This document shows positions 58,618 to 64,000 of a stretch of DNA of 64,000 nucleotides, piece after piece. Under the pieces are notes generated by a model, which saw only the letters and a list, made by a program, of their open reading frames with translations, had not been told where the DNA came from and did not search any database. This DNA is from Bdellovibrio sp. (GTDB taxonomy: Bacteria; Bdellovibrionota; Bdellovibrionia; Bdellovibrionales; Bdellovibrionaceae), in contig JAKFCY010000002.1 of assembly GCA_036676395.1 (NCBI GenBank), forward strand, positions 1,056,001 through 1,120,000, given 5' to 3'. The position numbers and the translations under genes were made by a program. The first letter of the stretch is position 1. Each line of letters opens with the position of its first letter.

Positions 58618-58940
58618 TAGAACTGATATTTTTTGTTTTGGGTTTCGGCCCATTTTTTTACAACCAGCACCATTTCATCGCGCACTTTTTCGCGTTCTTC
58701 AGGTAGGCGATCGCCGAAATATTCACAGTATACTGTTAAAGTAGAACCAGTTTCAGCCACCCACATCGGGCGGGCGAATATGTATTCTTTAGGCTGTGCC
58801 TGAAGCATGATCGGGAAAAGAGATTTTTCCATTTCAGTCTGAATTTTTTCAGCTTTTTTTTCTGCAAGCGTGAGCCAAGCTTCTTTAGAAAAGTAACCCA
58901 CACCTGCAATAAGAATTAAACTTGCGAAAAAGTATTTCAT
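58572..58940 (-). CDS. Hypothetical membrane-anchored protein
   Basis: N-terminal hydrophobic anchor; abuts the rodA stop codon. Confidence 0.65.
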   Translation of the reverse strand: MKYFFASLILIAGVGYFSKEAWLTLAEKKAEKIQTEMEKSLFPIMLQAQPKEYIFARPMWVAETGSTLTVYCEYFGDRLPEEREKVRDEMVLVVKKWAETQNKKYQFYYVTFTDEVLSPEKK

Positions 58941-60068
58941 CTAGAATAGGTATCTGCGGTAGGCGACCGAACTAATTAAACCCATGCCAAGCATTGTGGT
59001 TAACATTCCCGATCCACCATAACTTAACAGCGGTAGCGGTACACCCACGATCGGAAGTAACCCTATCACCATGCCGATATTAATAAACATATGCCAGAAT
59101 AAATACGCAGAAACCCCGACAACAACCAGTGCCCCGAATTTATCCCGCGCCCTGGCGGCAATTTCAAAACACACTAAAAATAAAAAGACAAACGTGGTGA
59201 GTACGGCAACGCTTCCGACAAAGCCCCATTCTTCAGATAACACCGAATAAATAAAGTCGGTGTGACGTTCTGGTAAGAATTCTAATTGTGATTGAGTACC
59301 CTGGCGAAAGCCTTTACCAAAAAACTGGCCAGAACCTACAGCAATACGAGACTGAATCGAGTTATAACCTTTACCCTGAGGATCTGAATCCGGAGAAATA
59401 AACGTATAAACACGATGTCTTTGATAATCTTTTAGAGCGTATTTCCACACCACGGGCAGGGCGATTAAGCCTAAACCCACAATTGTAACTAAAATACCTT
59501 TTCTAATTTTTACGAAAAATAATAAAGTTCCGCCGATTAACATTAACATCATCGCCGTTCCAAGATCTGGCTGTTTCATAGTTAAAACAAACGGCACAAA
59601 TAATAAAGCAAACGGAAACAGTAAATCGCGCATACCCATGCCAGGACCTTCGGGATTTCGATTAATTAAAATTTTAGATAAAACTAAGATCAGACACATT
59701 TTCATGGTTTCAGAGGGCTGGTATCTGAAAAAATGCAGATCAATCCAGCGTTGTCCGCCTAAAACCGTTTTTCCGAAAAAATCCACATAAACAAGAGCGC
59801 AGACGTTGACCACATACATTAACCACACAACGCGGTTAATCCATAAATAATCTAAAAACGTCATCACGAAAAAAATAGTCCAGCCCGCAGTCAGCCAGAC
59901 GATCTGCTGAATAAATAAAGTTTCAACTTCTTTTGAGTGCGGCCCATGAGTTGCGCTAAATAAATTAATAAGACCAATCACATTTAATGTAAAAATTAAG
60001 GCAATCAGGCGCAGGTCAATACGACTTAAAAAATTTCTCTCTGATACGTTTAATCCACCAATTGACAT
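58941..60068 (-). CDS. rodA: Rod shape-determining SEDS protein RodA
   Basis: GGQRWI, QPSE, QPDLGT, LPERHTDFI, PLLSYGGS. Confidence 0.97.
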   Translation of the reverse strand: MSIGGLNVSERNFLSRIDLRLIALIFTLNVIGLINLFSATHGPHSKEVETLFIQQIVWLTAGWTIFFVMTFLDYLWINRVVWLMYVVNVCALVYVDFFGKTVLGGQRWIDLHFFRYQPSETMKMCLILVLSKILINRNPEGPGMGMRDLLFPFALLFVPFVLTMKQPDLGTAMMLMLIGGTLLFFVKIRKGILVTIVGLGLIALPVVWKYALKDYQRHRVYTFISPDSDPQGKGYNSIQSRIAVGSGQFFGKGFRQGTQSQLEFLPERHTDFIYSVLSEEWGFVGSVAVLTTFVFLFLVCFEIAARARDKFGALVVVGVSAYLFWHMFINIGMVIGLLPIVGVPLPLLSYGGSGMLTTMLGMGLISSVAYRRYLF

Positions 60069-60077
60069 CTCTGTTCC

Positions 60078-62063
60078 TTAATCATTACTCGGTGCTACTG
60101 TCGGAGTTGCGGCACCTCTTGCATTTGGATTTTTCTTTAACGCCTCTTTAATAATATCGGGATGATACTTTTTAAAATACGCTTCGATGATATCGCGTAC
60201 GATAGGTGCAGCTCCGGTATTACCATGGCAACTGTGCTGTGCAAGGACTGCGACAGTAATTTCAGGCTTCTCGGCCGGAGCCCAAGCTATGTACCAGCCA
60301 TGATGGCGCATTTGTATCGGACGTGCTTCACAAGATTGATAAATTTGATCTGCCGAAAAACTCATAACCTGTGCGGTTCCGGTTTTTCCGGCCATTTCAA
60401 CGCCTGGTACTTTCCAGTGTCTTGCTGTTCCGCCACCGCTATTGGCCACGCGGCGCATAGCTTCTTTAACAATTTTAAACGTTGCTCGGTCAATTTTGTA
60501 GCCATTTGGCTGTGGTAAAGTCACATCACGAATTTCTGCAGGAAAACGTTCAAATAAAATTTTACCTTCGTGATCACTGACCTTTTTGACAATAAAGGGT
60601 TTTACAACTTTTCCTTCGGTAGCGATGGTGTTGTAAGCTACAGCCATTTGTAAAGGCGTCGCTGTTACATAACCTTGGCCGATCGCCATAGTTAAATTTT
60701 CTCCGGGTTGCCAAGGTTCACCAAGGCGGGCTTTTTTCCATTCAGAGCTTGGAAGTCTTCCCGGGGCCTCGCGGTCCATCTCGATACCAGTGCGCTGGCC
60801 AAGGCCGGTCAGACTAATGTAGTTATACATTTTATCCACGCCTAGCGAGATCCCCATTTTATAGAAGAACACATTCGAACTTTTTTCTAAAGCCGTATAA
60901 ATATCAATATTTCCGAAACCGTTTTTATTGTGATCATGGAAGTTACGATTACCAAACCAAAGTTTTGGCGGCGCTGATATAATAGTTTTATCGGTAATCA
61001 CTTTTTCTTGCAGAGCTGCAAGAGCTACTAACGGTTTAAATGTTGAGCCAGGCCAAAAGTGATCTTGAATCACTTTATTTCTGAATGGTTTCATAGGGTC
61101 TGTGCTTAATTTGCGCATGAGTTTTGCTGGTACATCTGTTGTAAAAATATTCGGGTCAAAGCTTGGCGAGTTTAACCAGGCTAAAATTTCGCCGTTTGAT
61201 TTCATCGCTACGACCGCGCCGATACGGTTCATTTTAACCATTGAATCGTAAGCCGCTAATTGTATGTCACGATCAATCGTAAGCATCGCACTATGACCAT
61301 GCGTAGGTTCGATATCTTTAATTTGTTCACCGTAAATATTCGGAATTTCAGTCACTGTTTGGCGACCATGGGCATCTACCTGAACAAAACTTACACCATC
61401 TTCACCACGGATTTTTTTCTCTAAGTGCTCTTCAAGGCCAGATTTTCCGACGATGTCACCTTGTTCAAAGTGTAAATCAGGCGCATTTTTTCTATTTAAT
61501 TTTTCGATTTCTTTTTTCGAGATCTCGCCCACATAGCCGAATAGCTGTGCGCCGTCCTCACGAAGAGGGTAATATCTAATAATCGACTCCCGAATCTCTA
61601 AACCCGGAAAATCTAAGCGAATACGTTTTAAACGAAACACTTCTTCGCGCGATAAGTTGTCTTTTAGGCGAATTAACGAAAATGGCCCATTAATCTTTTT
61701 ACTACGAAGGATTTTATCGGTTAATTTAGCAGGCTCTAGGCCGATGATAGGCGCTACATTTTCTGATAATAATTTTAAGTCTTCGATATATTGAGGTGAA
61801 ATTATGGCTTCAAAGCCCGGTAAATTTTCAACTAAGGCTTTGCCATCGCGATCAACTATTAAACCACGGGGGGCGATGATTTTAGTTTGTTTAACACGAT
61901 TTTTTTCTGAGTACTGGCGTAACTCACGGCCATTGATGATCTGTAACCACATTAAGCGCGTGCAAAAGATAACTACGGTAATGGCGACAAAAATATAAAA
62001 CGGGCGGTAACGGTTTAAAAAATCGCGAGCCTCTTCGGGATTACTAATATACTGGGTTCTCAC
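60078..62063 (-). CDS. mrdA: Penicillin-binding protein 2
   Basis: APRG.IVDR, PGSTFK (SxxK), SSN, KTGTAQ. Confidence 0.96.
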   Translation of the reverse strand: MRTQYISNPEEARDFLNRYRPFYIFVAITVVIFCTRLMWLQIINGRELRQYSEKNRVKQTKIIAPRGLIVDRDGKALVENLPGFEAIISPQYIEDLKLLSENVAPIIGLEPAKLTDKILRSKKINGPFSLIRLKDNLSREEVFRLKRIRLDFPGLEIRESIIRYYPLREDGAQLFGYVGEISKKEIEKLNRKNAPDLHFEQGDIVGKSGLEEHLEKKIRGEDGVSFVQVDAHGRQTVTEIPNIYGEQIKDIEPTHGHSAMLTIDRDIQLAAYDSMVKMNRIGAVVAMKSNGEILAWLNSPSFDPNIFTTDVPAKLMRKLSTDPMKPFRNKVIQDHFWPGSTFKPLVALAALQEKVITDKTIISAPPKLWFGNRNFHDHNKNGFGNIDIYTALEKSSNVFFYKMGISLGVDKMYNYISLTGLGQRTGIEMDREAPGRLPSSEWKKARLGEPWQPGENLTMAIGQGYVTATPLQMAVAYNTIATEGKVVKPFIVKKVSDHEGKILFERFPAEIRDVTLPQPNGYKIDRATFKIVKEAMRRVANSGGGTARHWKVPGVEMAGKTGTAQVMSFSADQIYQSCEARPIQMRHHGWYIAWAPAEKPEITVAVLAQHSCHGNTGAAPIVRDIIEAYFKKYHPDIIKEALKKNPNARGAATPTVAPSND

Positions 62064-62617
62064 GATTCCACCTCAGACGCATGATCAGTGCTGGTCGGTC
62101 CCCAATTTTGATTTGCTTGAAAACGATTATCTATAAATTCTAAGAATTTATAGACCGGAATACTAAACAAGAAATTACAGCCCATTTCTAACAGGCGGTG
62201 TAAAAAGAAAACCGGGGTAGGATTGGGCTCTAACCAGCGTGAGATCGTAATGTACGCAATAGCATAAAATAACGATGCGCTTGTAGTTAAGATCGAAAAA
62301 TAAAATAATGATGTCGAATGAATACGGTTTTTGAAAAACCAAACAAACAACAATAAAGCCACTAAGCTAGTCCATGCCATTTTCAGCGGAATATAAGAAT
62401 AACGGGTCATCACTAATCCCAAGAAATAGATAAAAAAGACGGCGCGAATCGAAGGCCATTTTAAGGCCACAAACACGATCATAATTAGCCATAATTGCGG
62501 GGCCGGAAAGGATCCCAGAACAAAAGGCCAAAAACTGGTTTGAAACGCGCAAAACGCGTAAAACACTAAAGTGAAAACTAAAAGTTTTAAAATAAGTAAA
62601 ATCGAGCTTCTAGACAT
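62060..62617 (-). CDS. mreD: Rod shape-determining protein MreD (divergent)
   Basis: Multi-TM protein positioned between mreC and mrdA. Confidence 0.7.
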   Translation of the reverse strand: MSRSSILLILKLLVFTLVFYAFCAFQTSFWPFVLGSFPAPQLWLIMIVFVALKWPSIRAVFFIYFLGLVMTRYSYIPLKMAWTSLVALLLFVWFFKNRIHSTSLFYFSILTTSASLFYAIAYITISRWLEPNPTPVFFLHRLLEMGCNFLFSIPVYKFLEFIDNRFQANQNWGPTSTDHASEVES

Positions 62618-62620
62618 TGT

Positions 62621-63505
62621 TTAGTTGTTGCCTTCAGGTTTTGTAGGCGTTTCAACTGCAGCCGTCGTCGTTTCAGGAAAAAAATCTTCATGAGCCGCAT
62701 CGATCACAACAAAAACTTCTTCAATCTTATTTGATTCAATAACTGGTTTTACATTCACGATTAAAGTGGCGCTTTTTGTTTTGCGCTCAACATCTGTGAC
62801 AACCGCTAGCGGAAAGCCCTTCGGAAAGATATTATCTAAGCCGCCAGTGACGATGATATCACCAGATTTTACATCTTCGGTGCGATCGATGTACTGCAAA
62901 ATGCCGCCATCTTTACTGGTGCCTTCGATAATACCGCGAGCCCGAGTTTTCTGTATCATAGCATCAAATACCGAATAACGGTCGGTGATCAGCATCACAT
63001 GAGACGTGTGTTCTGAAGGGCGAAACACATAGCCCACAGCCCCAGAAACAGTGATGACGGCCTGTAGGTGTTTAAGCCCGTGCTTTTTGCCTTTATTAAT
63101 TGTGATCGTCTTATGATCTGGCAGCATATCGCGGCCGATCACTTGCGCCGGTAGAAGCTCCATCTTAGTGTTTTTTTGAAAGTCTAAAATGTTTTTTAAT
63201 CGGGCAATTTCAATCTGACTTTCATCAAAAAGCTTAAGGCGAGTTTTGATTTCAGCTAATTCGCTCTGTAAGCGGGCATTATCTTTTTTGATATTCAGTA
63301 AATTGACATATTCAGAAGCTGTTCCACGAACACCTAAGCTTAATCCAGAGAATAAAGACTGAAAACCATCAGACAAAAAGCTTAAGGGCTGGGCAAACCA
63401 GCTTTCCTGAGTTTTTTTCTGCTCCATGTTAATTGAAATCAACGGCAGTAAGGCCATCAGTACAATGAGAATCGCTTTTTTGAAATTTATATTTAGAAAA
63501 TTCAC
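62621..63505 (-). CDS. mreC: Rod shape-determining protein MreC (start moved to GTG 63505)
   Basis: TM, coiled coil, AQVIGR, ITINKG, VTGGLDNIFPKG. The longer ORF start would overlap the divergent gene; GGAGA lies upstream of GTG 63505. Confidence 0.93.
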   Translation of the reverse strand: MNFLNINFKKAILIVLMALLPLISINMEQKKTQESWFAQPLSFLSDGFQSLFSGLSLGVRGTASEYVNLLNIKKDNARLQSELAEIKTRLKLFDESQIEIARLKNILDFQKNTKMELLPAQVIGRDMLPDHKTITINKGKKHGLKHLQAVITVSGAVGYVFRPSEHTSHVMLITDRYSVFDAMIQKTRARGIIEGTSKDGGILQYIDRTEDVKSGDIIVTGGLDNIFPKGFPLAVVTDVERKTKSATLIVNVKPVIESNKIEEVFVVIDAAHEDFFPETTTAAVETPTKPEGNN

Positions 63506-63628
63506 AGTAGAAAATTTCTCCTGAACTAACGGTAACAAATTACTTGCAGATTTCAACACTAAGTTTAATGATATTCGTCTGCGACGATGAAATATTTTTC
63601 GCAGACATTTTTTAAGGAGCGCAACTAC

Positions 63629-64000
63629 ATGTCGAAACCTACGTTTATTAAACAAGTTAAAACTGCATTATCTGGCGGTAAAGCCATCAATGGTAAAGGT
63701 ATTGTTGCTATGGTCATTTTCGGAATGATCATTTTAACTTTCGTTCTTTCAGATTACTCAACTCGTGGTACTGGCGGCTTAGGCATCGGTGCTGCAGCTG
63801 AAGTGAATGGCGAAATTATCACTCTTAAAGAATTTCAAGAGCAAGAAAGCCGTATTGCTAACTATTATGCCCAGTTTTTCGGTGGCAAAATCGACAATGA
63901 ATTTCAAATAAAGCAAATTCGCTCTGAAGCCATCAACGAATTAGTAAATAACTCGCTAGCGGCGCAAGCAGCAGAAGGTCAAAAAATCTTCGCTACTGAT
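63629..64000 (+). CDS. SurA N-terminal domain / PpiD-like chaperone (5' part; runs off the window edge)
   Basis: Not in the ORF track. AAGGAG then ATG 63629: MSKPTF...IVAMVIFGMIILTFVL...AAEVNGEIITLKEF...AINELVNN. Confidence 0.8.
   Translation, partial: MSKPTFIKQVKTALSGGKAINGKGIVAMVIFGMIILTFVLSDYSTRGTGGLGIGAAAEVNGEIITLKEFQEQESRIANYYAQFFGGKIDNEFQIKQIRSEAINELVNNSLAAQAAEGQKIFATD

Noticed and set aside
300..62978. Numerous 60-120 aa ORFs nested in or antisense to larger genes in the ORF track
   Set aside because: Shadow frames of well-supported genes, with no motifs or RBS.
62621..63505. Absence of mreB next to mreCD-mrdA-rodA as a novelty
   Set aside because: mreB genes unlinked from mreCD are known in Bdellovibrio; not unusual for this lineage.
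63506..63655. N-terminal extension of mreC predicted by the ORF track
   Set aside because: Overlaps the RBS and start of the divergent SurA/PpiD-like gene; GTG 63505 gives a normal MreC.

Overview
AT-rich bacterial chromosome segment. Gene content and protein families point to a predatory Bdellovibrionota (Bdellovibrio/Pseudobdellovibrio-like); this taxonomy is an inference. The flanks are mostly housekeeping. Left: efp (partial), ruvCAB-lpxC, ald, a split comEC/LysM/dprA competence-type cluster, lptF, trxA, grx, dus, fumC and a UvrD/Rep helicase. Right: bolA, yegD-like Hsp70, ettA, mreC-mreD-mrdA-rodA and a partial ppiD/surA-like gene. The centre (about 24.0-52.2 kb) is a tandem array of five giant secreted phage-tail-fibre-like adhesins (shared N-terminal domain, GxVGIGT-delimited mosaic modules, C-terminal S74 chaperone). 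The first two are each translationally coupled to a double fibrinogen-like-domain gene. All five fibre genes have a sigma28-type -10 box exactly 7 nt before an in-frame GTG, suggesting leaderless mRNAs, and three share a palindromic operator at a fixed distance. Non-coding highlights: a TwoAYGGAY/CsrA-sponge-like sRNA with its own promoter and terminator (13.44-13.56 kb), a two-copy 57-bp palindromic element with compensatory base changes (4.6 and 16.7 kb), and an unexplained structured region of about 300 nt (57.9-58.2 kb) next to a short HTH gene. No rRNA, tRNA, CRISPR, integrase, transposase or reverse transcriptase was seen. All calls were made by eye; no database searches were run.
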